Source: Pristiophorus japonicus
Taxonomy: Eukaryota
DNA: 64,000 nt
Reading direction: 5' to 3'
Assembly: GCF_044704955.1 (NCBI RefSeq)
Contig: NC_091996.1
Location: forward strand, 97,898,001-97,962,000
Part shown: positions 46,650 to 59,360 of the stretch, piece after piece
How positions within the stretch are numbered: the stretch's first letter is position 1
How the letters are laid out: each line of letters opens with the position of its first letter
Made by a program: the position numbers and the translations under genes
The notes under the pieces: generated by a model
The model's database searches: none
Told to the model about the DNA's origin: nothing
Seen by the model: the letters and a program-made list of their open reading frames with translations, nothing else

Positions 46650-47255
46650 TGCGAGAGTAAGGAAGGCTTGCTACAATTGTACAGGGCCCTGGTGAGACCA
46701 CACCTGGAGTACTGCGCACAGTTTTGGTCTCCTTGTCTGAGGAAGGATACACTTGCCTGGGAGGTGGTACAACGGAGGTTCACTCGGTTGATTCCCGGGA
46801 TAAGAGGGCTGTCCTATGAGGAAAGGTTGAGGAGGTTGGGCCTATCCTCTCCGGAATTCAGAAGAATGAGAGGTGATCTTATCGAAACGTATAAGATTAT
46901 GAGGGGCTTGACAAGGTGGATGCAGAGAGGATGTTTCCACCGATGGGGGAGACTAGAACTAGGGGGCATGGTCTTAGAATAAGGGGCCGCCCATTTAAAA
47001 CTGAGATGAGGAGGAATTTCTTCTCTGAGAGGGTTGTAAATCTGTGGAATTCACTGCCCCAGAGAGCTGTGGAAGCCGGGACATTGAATAAATTTAGGAC
47101 AGAAATAGACAGTTTCTTAAACGATAAGGGGTTATGGGGAGCGGGCGGGGAAGTGGATCTGAGTCCATGATCGGATCAGCCATGATCGTATTAAATGTCG
47201 GAGCAGGCTCGAGGGGCCGAATGGCCGACTCCTGCTCCTATTTCTTATGTTCCGA
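46650..47255 (+). mobile_element. CR1 LINE 3' fragment
   Basis: LYRALVRPHLEYCAQFWSP...NFFSERVVNLWNSLP. Confidence 0.9.
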
Positions 47256-47303
47256 TGACACATACAATATTCGGAAGGGGATTGACAGGGTCAATGTTGA
47301 GAA

Positions 47304-47376
47304 TCCCGGCTAGCTCAGTCAGTAGAGCAGGAGACTCTCAATCTCAGGGTTGTGGGTTTGAGCCCCATGTTGGGTG
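47304..47376 (+). pseudogene. tRNA-Lys(CTT)-derived pseudogene
   Basis: 73 nt matching the vertebrate tRNA-Lys body. Anticodon reads CTC, T-loop is GTTTGA, and CpG decay is evident. Confidence 0.8.
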
Positions 47377-47808
47377 AATTATTTTCTTTAAACTTTTATG
47401 TTGCTTTCACGGGAAAACATCATTAATGAGCCCATAATCTTCTTTTGCCCAATGTAAGAAATGCAAACTGAGGGAGAGTTGATCATTTGTTCTGTGCTCT
47501 GTATAAGAACACAAGAACCAGGAGCAGGAGTCAGCCATTTGGCCCTTCGAGCCTGCCTTCTTTTGCACTGAAACAAATTATAACCGTGTTTTTAAATGAG
47601 CAGTGCGAGATATTTAGAGGGCACCTTTCAATGCTTCACAAAACCATTCCTTTCGCTACAGCCACCCGGGATTGATTCCTGGTTTGGGAAGTAACTTTGA
47701 TATCACTGTTTGTAATTGAAGTGGGGTCATTTTATTCAGTTCGATGGATGTCCCAAAGCACTTCAGAGTGGTGTCCAAACAAATGAGTTTGTAATTAAAA
47801 ACACTGAA

Positions 47809-47891
47809 CGTCAGGAGTGGGATTTGAACCCACATCTCCAGAGGAGACTGCGACCTGAACCCAGCACCTTAGACCGCTCAGCCATCCTGAC
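47809..47891 (-). tRNA. tRNA-Leu(CAG), probably a pseudogene
   Basis: 83 nt gtcaggatggctgagcggtctaagg...ttCAGgt...gtgggttcaaatcccactcctgac, with an anticodon-stem mismatch and CpG transitions. Confidence 0.75.
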
Positions 47892-48087
47892 TGTTAGATA
47901 CTCCAGTTACAAGTTATTACTCTGGAAAGTTTCAGACCGGGCACTTGTTCAGTGTTACTGGAAGGCCCAGTGACCGGGATATCTCTCCCCCGGGGATTTT
48001 AAAGCCCTTTCATTGCACCAATGCAGGGTCAATGAAACTGTGTTTCAGGAACCTTCATGTATACAAACATGGGCAGGCTGCACTGTA

Positions 48088-48159
48088 GACCTTGTGGTAC
48101 AATGGTAGTGTGTCTGACTCTAGATCAGAAAGCTGTTGGTTCAAATCATGTCATGGTCA
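48088..48159 (+). pseudogene. tRNA-Trp-derived pseudogene (anticodon CTA)
   Basis: 72 nt gaccttgtggtacaatggtag...tctgactCTAgatcaga...ggttcaaatc...ggtca, with multiple stem mismatches. Confidence 0.75.
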
Positions 48160-48589
48160 ATATTCTTCTTCTGGAATTGAGATTTGCTGTTTCACAATAA
48201 CCTGACCCTTGCTCTACAGTCTGTCTCACTCTTTCCACAGTGACATGTTCATGTTACAATGAACATTCTGAATCAGATGCCTCAAGTAAAATATGGGTAC
48301 TTTTTCAACAATTAACATAAGTACGTAAGGAGCAGGCGTCGGCCATTCGGCTCCTCGAGCCTGCTCCACCATCCAATAATATCGTGGCTGTTCTGATCCT
48401 GCACCCCTGCTCTTTTTATACCCCTCTCGAGTTTCTGCAGTGTCGAGTTCTCACTATCTGTCCTAAGCTTCCCTTTTCCCTTTATCTTACCCTGTGTGTC
48501 CCTTGAGGAATTTTTATCCCCTATCTGACTTTACTCACTCTGTGTTTTAGGAGACTCGTTTAAAATGTTAATTGCACATCATGGAATCA

Positions 48590-49815
48590 GAGAAATTTAC
48601 AGCACGGAAGGAGGCCATTCAGCCCATCGTGTCCTCGCCGGCCGACCAAGAGCTACCCAGCCTAATCCCACTTTCCAGCTTTCGGTCCGTAGCCCTGTAG
48701 GTTACGGCACTTCAGGTGCACATCCAAGTACTTTTTAAATGTGCTGAGGGTTTCTGCCTCTATCACCCTTTCAGGCAGTGAGTTCCAGTGATTTCCCCTC
48801 AAATCCCCTCTGAACCTTCTACCAATTACTTTAAATCTGTGCCCCCTGGTTGTTGACCCCTCTTCTAAGGGAAACAGGTCCTTCATACTAAGTTGGGTGG
48901 CAGTGTGAGCTGCGAGGAGGATGCTATGAGGCTGCAGAGCGACTTGGATAGGTTAGGTGAGTGGGAAAATGCATGGCAGATGAAATATAATGTGGATAAA
49001 TGTGAGGTTATCCACTTTGATGGTAAAAACAGAGAGACAGACTATTATCTGAATGGTGACAGATTAGGAAAAGGGGAGGTGCAACGAGACCTGGGTGTCA
49101 TGGTACATCAGTCATTGAAGGTTGGCATGCAGGTACAGCAGGCGGTTAAGAAAGCAAATGGCATGTTGGCCTTCATAGCGAGGGGATTTGTGTACAGGGG
49201 CAGGGAGGTGTTGCTACAGTTGTACAGGGCCTTGGTGAGGCCACACCTGGAGTTATTGTGTTCAGTTTTGGTCTCCTAACTTGAGGAAGGACATTCTTGC
49301 TATTGAGGGAGTGCAGCGAAGGTTCACCAGACTGATTCCCGGGATGGCGGGACTGACATATCAAGAAAGACTGGATCAACTGGGCTTGTATTCACTGGAG
49401 TTCAGAAGAATGAGAGGGGACCTCATAGAAACGTTTAAAATTCTGATGGGTTCAGACAGGTTAGATGCAGGAAGAATATTCCCAATGTTGGGGAAGTCTA
49501 GAACCAGGGGTCACAGTCTAAGGATAAGGGGTAAGCCATTTAGGACCGAGATGAGGAGAAACTTCTTCACCCAGAGAGTGGTGAATCTGTGGAATTCTCT
49601 ACCACAGAAAGTAGTTGAGGCCAATTCACTAAATATATTCAAAAGGGAGTTAGATGAAGTCCTTACTACTCGGGGGATCAAGGGGTATGGTGAGAAAGCA
49701 GGAAGGGGGTACTGAAGTTGCATGTTCAGCCATGAACTCATTGAATGGCAGTGCAGGCTAGAAGGGCTGAATGGCCTACTCCTGCACCTATTTTCTATGT
49801 TTCTATGTTTCTATC
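48590..49815. mobile_element. Back-to-back CR1 fragments (- strand 48590-48885, + strand 48890-49815)
   Basis: CR1 ORF2 C-terminal translations on both strands and CR1 tails. Confidence 0.88.
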
Positions 49816-50212
49816 ACCCCTTGTGCTCGCTGACCTACATTGCCCAGTTGAGCAATGCCTCGAATAAAAAAACTCTCATCCTTGTTAACAAATCCCTCCA
49901 TGGCCCTCGCCCCTCCCTATCTCTGTAATCCCCTCCAGCCCCACCACCCCCCCGAGATGTCTGCGCTCCTCTAATTCTGCCCTCCTGACCATCCCTGATT
50001 ATAATCGCTCCACCATCGGTGGCCGTGCCTTCTGTTGCCTGGGCCCCAAGCTCTGGAACGCCCTCCCTAAACCTCTCCGCCTCTCTCTCTCCTCTTTTAA
50101 GATGCTCCTTAAAACATTTGACCAAGTTTTTGGTCATCTGCCCTAATATCCCTTTACGTGGCAAAGCAACAAATTTTGTTTGATAATCGGTCCTGAGAAG
50201 CACCTTGGGACA
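49815..50212 (+). mobile_element. L2 LINE 3' fragment
   Basis: Similar to 400-838. Confidence 0.7.
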
Positions 50213-50468
50213 TTCTCCAGAATTCCAAGTTGTTGATGCGATGCACTGTAAAAATTGTCACCGCAATTCTGATCAGCCGCTAATCAGCTGCAAACCTGCT
50301 GGTTTCAGGGATGCCTCTTGTAGATTTTGTCAGTTATTTGGCTCTCTCAGTCAGTGCCCCTTTATTCTGAGTGTCTGTTAATACAGGCTCCACTCCACGT
50401 TATATTCCTGCATTAATTTGCGATCGACTGACATTATTCCGTGCCCCCTCCAATTCCACTGCCCTCCG

Positions 50469-53400
50469 TGATACGTCCTTACTATACAGTATAAATGCAC
50501 ACAAGGCCCATGCTTGAGAGAAGGTCAGTCTGTGACCTGTCCTTTATTCCTCAGCACTCAAGTGATGAAGGTGGGGGGAGCTTCCCTTTTATACCTGAAG
50601 GTCCAGGTTCGGAGTGTCTCCCACCTAGTGGTCAGTGTTCTCACGGTGTACAACTTAGGTCAGTTTATACATGGGTTACAATGCTGGTTGAATAGATGAC
50701 ATCACCTCCCCCCCCAAAGTCTTATTGGGATCACAGGTTGAGTCTCTCTGGTGGTTTACGCTCCCTTGTAGAACGCCTGAGTTGGGGCTCCGGTTGTTGG
50801 GCGCTGGCCTGAGTGTCTGCTGTTTGCGGTGCCTCAGGCCTGTCCAGACTGCCCACAGTGACTGGGCTCTCCTCCCTTTGGTTCCGGTGTTCGGTCACCT
50901 GTGGTGGAGTGAACTCTATATCGTGTTCTTCCTCTGCTTCTTCTATGGGGTTGCTGAACCTCCTTTTTGTTTGATCCACATGTTTGCGGCAGATTTGTCC
51001 ATTGGTAAGGTTAACTACCAGAATCCTATTTCCCTCTTTGGCAACCACAGTGCCTGTGAACCATTTGGGCCCTGCAGCGTAGTTGAGGACAAAAACAGGA
51101 TCATTTACATCAATACATCGCGCCCTCGCATTCCTGTCATGGTAGTCATATTGTGACTGGCGCCTGCTCTCGACAATTTCTTTCATGGTGGGGTGTATGA
51201 GGGATAACCGGGTTTTGAGCGTCCTTTTCATTAGTAGCTCTGCGCGTGGAACCCCTGTGAGTGAATGTGGTCAGGATCTATAGGCCAACAGGAGGCGTGA
51301 TAAGCGGGTTTGTAGGGAACCCCCTTGGATTCTGAGCATCCCCTGTTTGATTATCTGCACTGTTCGTTCTGCCTGGCCGTTTGAGGCCGGCTTGAACGGT
51401 GCCGTTCTAACATGGTTAATTCCATTGCCTGCCATGAAGTCCTGGAATTCAGTGCTTGTGAAGCACGGGCCATTGTTGCTGACCAAGATGTCCGGTAGAC
51501 CGTGGGCGGCGAACATTGCCCGTAGACTTTCTACCGTGGCAGAGGATGTGCTTGAATTTAAAATGTCACACTCGATCCATTTGGAGTAGGCGTCTACTAC
51601 AACCAAAAACATTTTTCCCATGAAAGGACCTGCGTAGTCCACATGGATGCGTGACCAAGGCTTGGCGGGCCATGGCCAGGGGCTAAGGGGAGCTTCCCTG
51701 GGCGCATTGCCCAGCTGGGCACACGTGTTGCACCTGCGAACACAAAGTTCCAGATCTGCGTCTATCCCTGGTCACCAAACGTGTGACCTGGCAATTGCCT
51801 TCATCGTGACAATGCCCGGGTGCTCATTGTGGAGTTCTCTGATGAACACCTCTCTGCCCATCTGGGGCATGACTACGCGGTTTCCCCACAGTAGGCAATC
51901 GGCCTGAATCGAGAGTTCATCCTTGCGCCTGTGAAATGGTTTAAATTCCTCAGGGCATGCCCTGTACGTGGCTGCCCAGTCCCCATTCAGGACACATTTG
52001 TTGACTAGAGACAATAGCGGGTCTCTATTTGTCCAGACTTTAATCTGACGGGCTGTCATGGGTGAGCCTTCGCTTCCGAAAGCTTCAACAGCCATGACCA
52101 TCTCAGCAGCATGCTCGATTGCCCCCTCAGTGGTGGCTAGTGGGAGCCTGCTGAGTGCATCGGCGCAGTTTTCGGTGCCCGGTCTGTGCCGAATTGTGTA
52201 GTCATAGGCAGCTAACGTGAGTGCCCACCTCTGTATGCGGGCCGATGCGTTTGCATTTATGGCCTTGTTGTCGGCCAAAAGGGACGTTAGGGGTTTGTGA
52301 TCTGTCTCCAGCTCAAATTTCCTGCCAAACAGGTACTGGTGCATTTTCTTTAGCGCATATACACATGCGAGCGCCTCCTTTTCTACCATCCCGTAGCCCC
52401 TTTCTGCCTGGGACAGACTCCTGGAGGCATAAGCTACTGGCTGTAACTGACCCTTGGCATTGACATGCTGCAACACACACCCAACCCCACAGGACGACGC
52501 ATTGCACGTTAACACAAGTTTCTTACATGGGTCATATAGCGTTAACAGATTGTTGGAACATAACAAATTGCGTGCTCTATTAAAAGCCCTTTCCTGGCTG
52601 TCCCCCCAGACCCATTCGCGACCTTTGCGTAGGAGCACGTGTAGCGGCTCTAGCAGCGTGCTCAATTTGGGAAGAAAGTTACCAAAATAGTTCAGGAGCC
52701 CCCGGAACGATCGCAGCTCCGTCATGTTACGGGGTCTGGGTGCTCTCTGGATCGCTTCCGTCTTGGATACAGTAGGGCTGATCCCGTCTGCTGCTACCCT
52801 CCTCCCCAGGAATTCTACCTCTGGAGCTAGGAAGACGCACTTCGCCTTTTTCAGTCGCAGACCTACCCGGTCCAGTCTGCGTAGCACCTCCTCCAGGTTG
52901 TGGAGGTGTTCTTCAGTATCGTAACCTGTAATGAGGATGTCGTCCTGAAAAACCACCATCCCTGGAATCGACTTGAGGAGGCTTTCCATATTTCGTTGGA
53001 AGATCGCGGCAACCGAGCGAATCCCGAACGGACATCTGTTGTATTCAAACAACCCCTTGTGTGTCGTGATGGTGGTCAGCTTCTTCGACTCACTCGCCAG
53101 CTCCTGGGTCATGTAAGCTGAGGTCAGGTCCAACTTTGAAAAAAGTTTGCCACCGGATAGCGTCGCAAAGAGGTCCTCCGCTCTCGGTAGCGGGTACTGG
53201 TCTTGGAGTGAATCCCAATTGATGGTGGCCTTGTAATGACCACATCTCCTGACCGACCCATCCGCCTTGAGCACCGGCACAATCGGGCTCGCCCAGTCAC
53301 TGAATTCGACTGGCGAGATGATGCCTTCCCTCAGCAGGTGGTCCAATTCACCTTCTATCTTTTCCCGCATCACGTACGGCACCGCTCTGGCCTTGTGGTG

Positions 53401-53882
53401 TACTGGCCTGGCGTCCGGGTTTATGTGAATCACTACCTTGGCCCCCATGAAAGTGCCAATGCCGGGTTGAAATAATGAGTCAAATTTGTCCAGGATCTGT
53501 GAGCATGATACTCGCTCCACAGAGGAAATTGCATTGACATCGCCCCATTTCCAGTTCATGACAGCAAGCCAACTCCTCCCCAGTAGTGCGGGACTGTCCC
53601 CCGGGACAACCCAGAGTGGCAACCTGCTCTCCGAATCTTTGTGGGTCACGACTACCATGGCGCTGCCTAGCACCGGAATGATCTGCTTTGTGTAAGAGAG
53701 AAGGTCAGTCTGTGACCTGTCCTTTATTCCTTAGCACTCAAGTGATGAAGGTGGGTGGAGCTTCCCCTTTTATACCCGAAGGTCCAGGTTAGGAGTGTCT
53801 CCCACCTAGTGGTCAGTGCTCTCACGGTGTACAACTTAGGTCAGTTTATACATGGGTTACAATGCTGGTTGAATACATGACA
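50469..53882 (-). mobile_element. Ty3/Gypsy LTR retrotransposon, internally deleted
   Basis: 3' LTR 50469-50701 (TG..CA) with adjacent PPT, partial 5' LTR ~53696-53882, TSD CTCCG on both sides, and pol order RT-RNaseH-IN. Confidence 0.93.
50731..53673 (-). pseudogene. pol: Gypsy pol (protease remnant, RT, RNase H, integrase) with in-frame stops
   Basis: WASPIVPV, LDLTSAY, PFGI, FQDD, TDHKPL, HNEHPGI, VDAYSKW and SNGQAER motifs. ORFs 53673-51772, 51642-51271 and 51231-50731 are in one frame, split by TGA codons. Confidence 0.9.
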
Positions 53883-55586
53883 CTCCGAGCTTGGTATCAG
53901 CAGCAAGCCCGCTAAGAATGTTCTACATTTCATTGAGATCACCTCTCATTCTTCTAAAGGAGGGACATAACGGCCCAGAAAGCCCGGTTTCTCCTTCCCC
54001 CGGGTGTTCGAATGGATTTTAGAACAAAGATGCACACCGACCTGAAGCTGCTGGGCCCACGTGAGATCCCGGTCCTGAGGCCTCTCCTGACTGCGCATCG
54101 CAGCGCGTGCACGTTGGCATATGCGCAGGGCGGGAGCTGGAGTCACATGGCTCTGGGCAGCCAATCGGGTGCAGTGTATTCTCGTTCATTAGAACAAAAG
54201 AACATAAGAAATAGAAGCAGGAGTCGGCCATTCGGCCCCTCGAGCCTGCTCCGCCATTTAATACGATCCTGGCTGATCCGATCATGGACTCAGCTCATAG
54301 TCCATAGTAATAAGAGTTTCAGACTTACAAAACTCCTTTAATATGAATGAGAAACACCCCCAAAACACTAATAAAAGATAGAAAAATGCACAACATATTT
54401 TTATTAATTTAAATTAAAGTTATTAATGTATTTAACAAATATATATTTCCCGATTTTAAAAAAAAGTTTAAAAAATTATGCTTTAAAATAAACTTACCGC
54501 AGTGGGGAGGGTTTTTAGCAATAAAATGTGTTTTTATAACTTGATTTTAAAATGTTTTTGTGTATTTTAAAACTGTAACAGTAGGCTATGCGCCGGCTTT
54601 TATCAGGCGCGAGAGTTTTGAGGACCTTAGCCGGGCCAGATATGGGTAATTCCCACAATCCTGCCCGTGCGAATGTCCTCGCTCCCGAGATGCGAAGGAT
54701 GTGGTCAAGGCAGAAACCTGGCAGATCGGAAAAGCCGGCATTCAGCGCATGAGCGTTGCGTGCCGTAAACCCGCTTTTCCGAAGCCTTCCTGGGTCCGTA
54801 CACACTCCGTACCGACCTGGAGAGGCCGGGATTTCTGGGCCAATATCTCAAAGGGTACGGTAAAGCATCATGCAGAACACGACTTCGGTGTGACTGGACA
54901 AAGATGAACTGGACCCTCGCTTGGCTCCGCCTCTGTTGGTGCCCCGGGGGGAGGCGGTAATGGGTCTGGAGATGGTTACCGGCCGGGACATTCGGTGCCG
55001 GTTTTGCCGAGACGTAGAGCGGTGCCACCCAGCTGCATCGCGCCGCTCTGCAGTGTCCCGCGGTTTCGACAGCGGTATGAAATTCGGTTGTAGTGGTACC
55101 TGTAGCGCCCCCTAGTGGGGCCGCCAGGGAACGCGGGCAGTCCGAGCTGTTCCGGCTGAAGCCGGGGAAGCAATGACCGTACGAGGTAAGTGCGACTGAG
55201 TCTGCTTTCTTTTCCTTTTTGAGATTCATCTTTATTTGGGGGGGTGGTAATATATTGGGATTGTTTTCTGGGCTTTGTGTCCTAATTCTCATTTTTGCAA
55301 GGAGGCCTATTTTTCTCCCTAAATTGGCCTGGGTTTTTATCTGGTTTTGCCTCTCCCAGGAGATCCCATGGCTCCGGTTGGGGTGGAGTGTAGAATGTTT
55401 CAGTATAAGGGGTGTCACAGTTGTGTGGGGCGGACTGGTTGGGCTGGGTACTCTTTACCTTTCCGTCATTGTTCGTGGGTTTATCAGTAACCTTCAGGGC
55501 TGCTGACCGAGGGCCGTGCGGCTCTTTGCCGGCCGGGGCGGACACGATGGGCCGGAATGACCTCCTCCTGCGCTGTAACTTTCTAT

Positions 55587-56171
55587 GGGCTGGATTTTCC
55601 GATCATTTTTCCAGCCCGGCGAAAGTCCCCCGCTTAGCTTTTTAGTGATATCGCCCAAATCTAAACACGCCCACCGGGGCCAAACCGCCGACACGCACCG
55701 CTGAAAAAAATCGCCAGGGCGTAAATTTGGCCTCAACGGAAGCAGGTCCAGATCGCCGAGGGAACCGCCCGGTGAAAGCTGCTTAACCAGGGCGGTTGGT
55801 GAGCATTCCGCAAAGCAAGGTCAGTCAAAGCTCCTTTATTTATTTATTTGTCATTTTAAAACAGCGATTAGGTATAAAAGTGTCTTGGGAATACTTTGTA
55901 CGTTTTGTTTTATTGTTTTTTTCCCCCTCCCTAGGCCCAACCACAGCCTGGGGCTAGATTTTAAACACTTACCGTCCATTCCGGCAATGGCCGCCCGTTT
56001 TACTTGGATCCCCCTCAACCGCCGAGAATAAAGCTGCAAGGCCCATTTTCCCGCCGGGCGATTCGTTTTCACATAAAAGTGGAAATTGTCAACAGCGTCA
56101 TTCGGCAAACGCCAGCGGTTTTTCTGAGCGGCCAATCGGGCACTGAGGGGCTCTCGGGGAAAGTCTAGCCC
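55587..56171. mobile_element. MITE-like non-autonomous DNA transposon (PIF/Harbinger-like termini)
   Basis: Imperfect TIRs gggctggattttcc / ggaaagtctagccc, no coding capacity. Confidence 0.5.
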
Positions 56172-56179
56172 CATGTTTC

Positions 56180-56404
56180 TGTCGTGTATCCCAGATGGCC
56201 ACTGTTGGTACTATTACAAGGTGTGCACCAGAGGGCACTGCAGTGGGAGACTTGTAGCTTACCTGTACAGGTGTGCCTGGCCTAGTATCAAAGGCAGGCC
56301 ACCAGGTGTGACCCTCACTCTGAAGTTAACTAATAAAGGACTCAGGTCACTACAGTTCAAGCACAACACACTGCCTCGATATCAGAGCATCCTCGGACAT
56401 AACA
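56180..56404 (+). mobile_element. Probable solo LTR
   Basis: TG...CA ends, AATAAA and LTR-like size. No TSD seen. Confidence 0.5.
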
Positions 56405-56994
56405 GGGTTAGGGGGCTCCAAGGGGGGCTCTTTAGCTCGGGATTTCCAGCCGCTCATCCAGCCTAGCACCCTAAGAGGGGTCTGGAGCGTCTCCCTTAGC
56501 GATCTGCCTCACACACAGGCCCCCGCTGATCCGTTTCGTAGCCGCCGACACAAACCATTTTGCGGCACATCATTTAATGACCCACCCCCATTACCGGCCC
56601 CAGAAGCCTCCGGGCAAAAACCCAGCCCAGAGACCCACGAGCCTTCAAGTTCCTCTCCTCCCAGCCTGACACTCACACGATACTTCGAATGAAACCGCCA
56701 AAGTAGAATGAGTGGGAACGGTTTCAAACTCGTGAAAACCAAATGCAGAACTGATATCAGGAAGCTCTTCACATGGCACAGCCAGCTGGATTCAGGCCGG
56801 CAAGACTCTGGGTTCATAAAAGGACCACATTGGATGTGATAATGGGCAGAGAGGGTGGAAATCAGAGAATCCCAGAGACAGACAGCACCAGAAGTAAGCC
56901 TTCAGCTGATAATGTCTGTATCGGCGGTTTGTTAGAGCAATCCAATTAATCCCAGCCCTACCCACTGCTCTATCCCCATGGCCAGATATGTGCC

Positions 56995-58770
56995 AGCTGT
57001 GGTTCACTGGGCAGCCCTCGAGCCTCTGAGTTACAAGGTTGTGGGTTCAAGCCCCACTCCAGGGACTCGAGCACAAACAATAATCTACACTGACACTCCC
57101 AGTGCAGTGCTGAGGGAGTGCCGCACTGTTGGAGGGGCAGTACTGAGGGAGAGTCGCACTGTCAGAGGGGCAGGACTGAGGGAGTGCTGCACTGTCGGAG
57201 GGGCAGTACTGAGGGAGAGTTGCACTGTCGGAGGGGCAGTACTGAGGGAGAGTTGCACTGTCGGAGGGGCAGTACTGAGGGAGTGCCGCACTATCGGAGG
57301 GGCAGGACTGAGGGAGTGCCACACTGTCGGAGGGGCAGTACTGAGGGAGAGTTGCACTGTCGGAGAGGCAGTACTGAGGGAGTGCCGCACTATCGGAGGG
57401 GCAGGACTGAGGGAGTGCTGCACTGTCGGAGGGGCAGTACTGAGGGAGAGTTGCACTGTCGGAGGGGCAGTACTGAGGGAGTGCCGCACTGTTGGAGGGG
57501 CAGGACTGAGGGAGTGCTGCACTGTCGGAGGGGCAGTACTGAGGGAGAGTTGCACTGTCGGAGGGGCAGTACTGAGGGAGTGCCGCACTATCGGAGGGGC
57601 AGTACTGAGGGAGTGCCACATTGTCGGAGGGGCAGTACTGAGGGAGTGCCGCACTATCGGAGGGGCAGGACTGAGGGAGTGCTGCACTGTCGGAGGGGCA
57701 GTACTGAGGGACTGCCGCACTGTCGGAGGGGCAGTACTGAGGGAGTGCCGCACTGTCGGAGGGGCAGTACTGAGGGAGTGCCACACTGTCGGAGGGGCAG
57801 TACTGAGGGAGTGCCACACTGTCGGAGGGGCAGTACTGAGGGAGTGCCACACTGTCAGAGGGGCAGTACTGAGGGAGTGCTGCTCTGTTGGAGGGGCCTT
57901 CTTTTGGATGAGATGTTAAACCGAGGCCCTGTCAGCTCTCTCAGGTGGATATAAAAGATCCCAGGGCACTATTTTGAAGAAGAGCAGGGGAAATTATCCC
58001 CAGTGTCCTGGGGCCAATATTTATCTCTCGACCAACATCACTGAAACAGATTATTTGGTCATTCACACATTACTTTTGTCAGTTTGTCATTAGAGGGAGC
58101 AGGGTGCAGCGTCCTGGCCCGGAAATCACCGCGGTCCCGGCCTGCTAGACCATCGGCTGTCCGGGGCCATTAGAGGGAGCAGCATGCGGCGGTATACCAC
58201 GGCAGGGAGCAGCGCGTGCTGCTGCAGGAGGGTGACAACTGACTGCAGTGTGGGCAGGTGCAGCAGGAGCAGCGAGGTCAGGGCGAAGGAGCGGCGAGAG
58301 ATTGTAGAGGGACGTGATCGAAGCCCAGGAGAGGCGAGGGCCCAGGGGCAGCACAGGCCCAGCCCACACTGCGATATGTGTGTGCACTGGGTCCGTGCAG
58401 CAGAACTGGTCTCCAGCAGTCCTGGTTAACCCTTGCCACTGGACCAAGCCCTCGCTCTGTCAACCCCGTGTGGTGGCTGGTGTGCAACGGTCAGCCCACG
58501 TTAAACAATCCATCCACAGGCATCTTCCACCCTTCAACGTGTAGATCCAGAATATTAGGTCCTTCATTGAACCACCTGAGAACTCATCCCTTGTCGGTGT
58601 GGGAGCAAGTCCTCCTCGTTTCGAGGGACTGCCTGTGACAATGTTTGTCAGTGCTTCCTGTGCGTAAATTGGCAGCTGTGTTTCCTGATTTACAGAAGGA
58701 GTTGGCTGTAAAACACGTTGGGACGTCCTGAGTTAATGAAAAGCTCTATATAAATGCAGGGCTTTCTTTT
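56995..58770 (+). mobile_element. Deu-SINE with 33-bp array, interrupted by an RTE-related retroposon (~58120-58640)
   Basis: tRNA head, array ~57105-57895 and Deu core. The SINE 3' tail resumes after 58645. Confidence 0.78.
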
Positions 58771-59360
58771 TGCTGCTGCCCCATACTCGAGGCCATTAGG
58801 TCTTCATCTGGCGGCTTGATTTGGTGGCCACCTGAAAGGTTAAATTCGGCATTCTCATCGAGTGATACCACGCAGGAGGCCATTGGGTCCATCATACCGG
58901 TAATGGAGCAGTTCACCAAGGTAACAGCCCAACGGCACGAGATACAGACTGACCAACATAGACAGGACGGGGCAAGGAACGAGAGAAATCTCAACCCTGG
59001 CTCAACCTACACGTGCTTCACTGACGGAGATTCCTCCATGGATATAAATTCATACTACACAATGTTTTCAACCTCGCACTCCATCACTCTGAGAATCACT
59101 TCAGTCCAGGCTCACGGGCAGAGCTCAGACCAGCGAGATTAATCATTATAGAGAACAGTTAACAAAGGAGGGGACCCGAAGCTGTACCACATCAGTTAGT
59201 GACCCCAACAATATTACCTGGGCTGAGGGTCATTCACCAGTAACTCCTGTCAGCAGTTATCACAGAATTATACCACACAGCAGGAGGCCAATCGGCCAAT
59301 GCTGCCCCTGTCAAAAACCTATCCAATACGTCCCATTCCTCCCTGCTCCTACCCCAGCAC

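Noticed and set aside
58110-58260. HDV-like ribozyme at the 5' end of the RTE-related element
   Set aside because: Known for some RTE elements, but I could not fit the nested double pseudoknot by eye.
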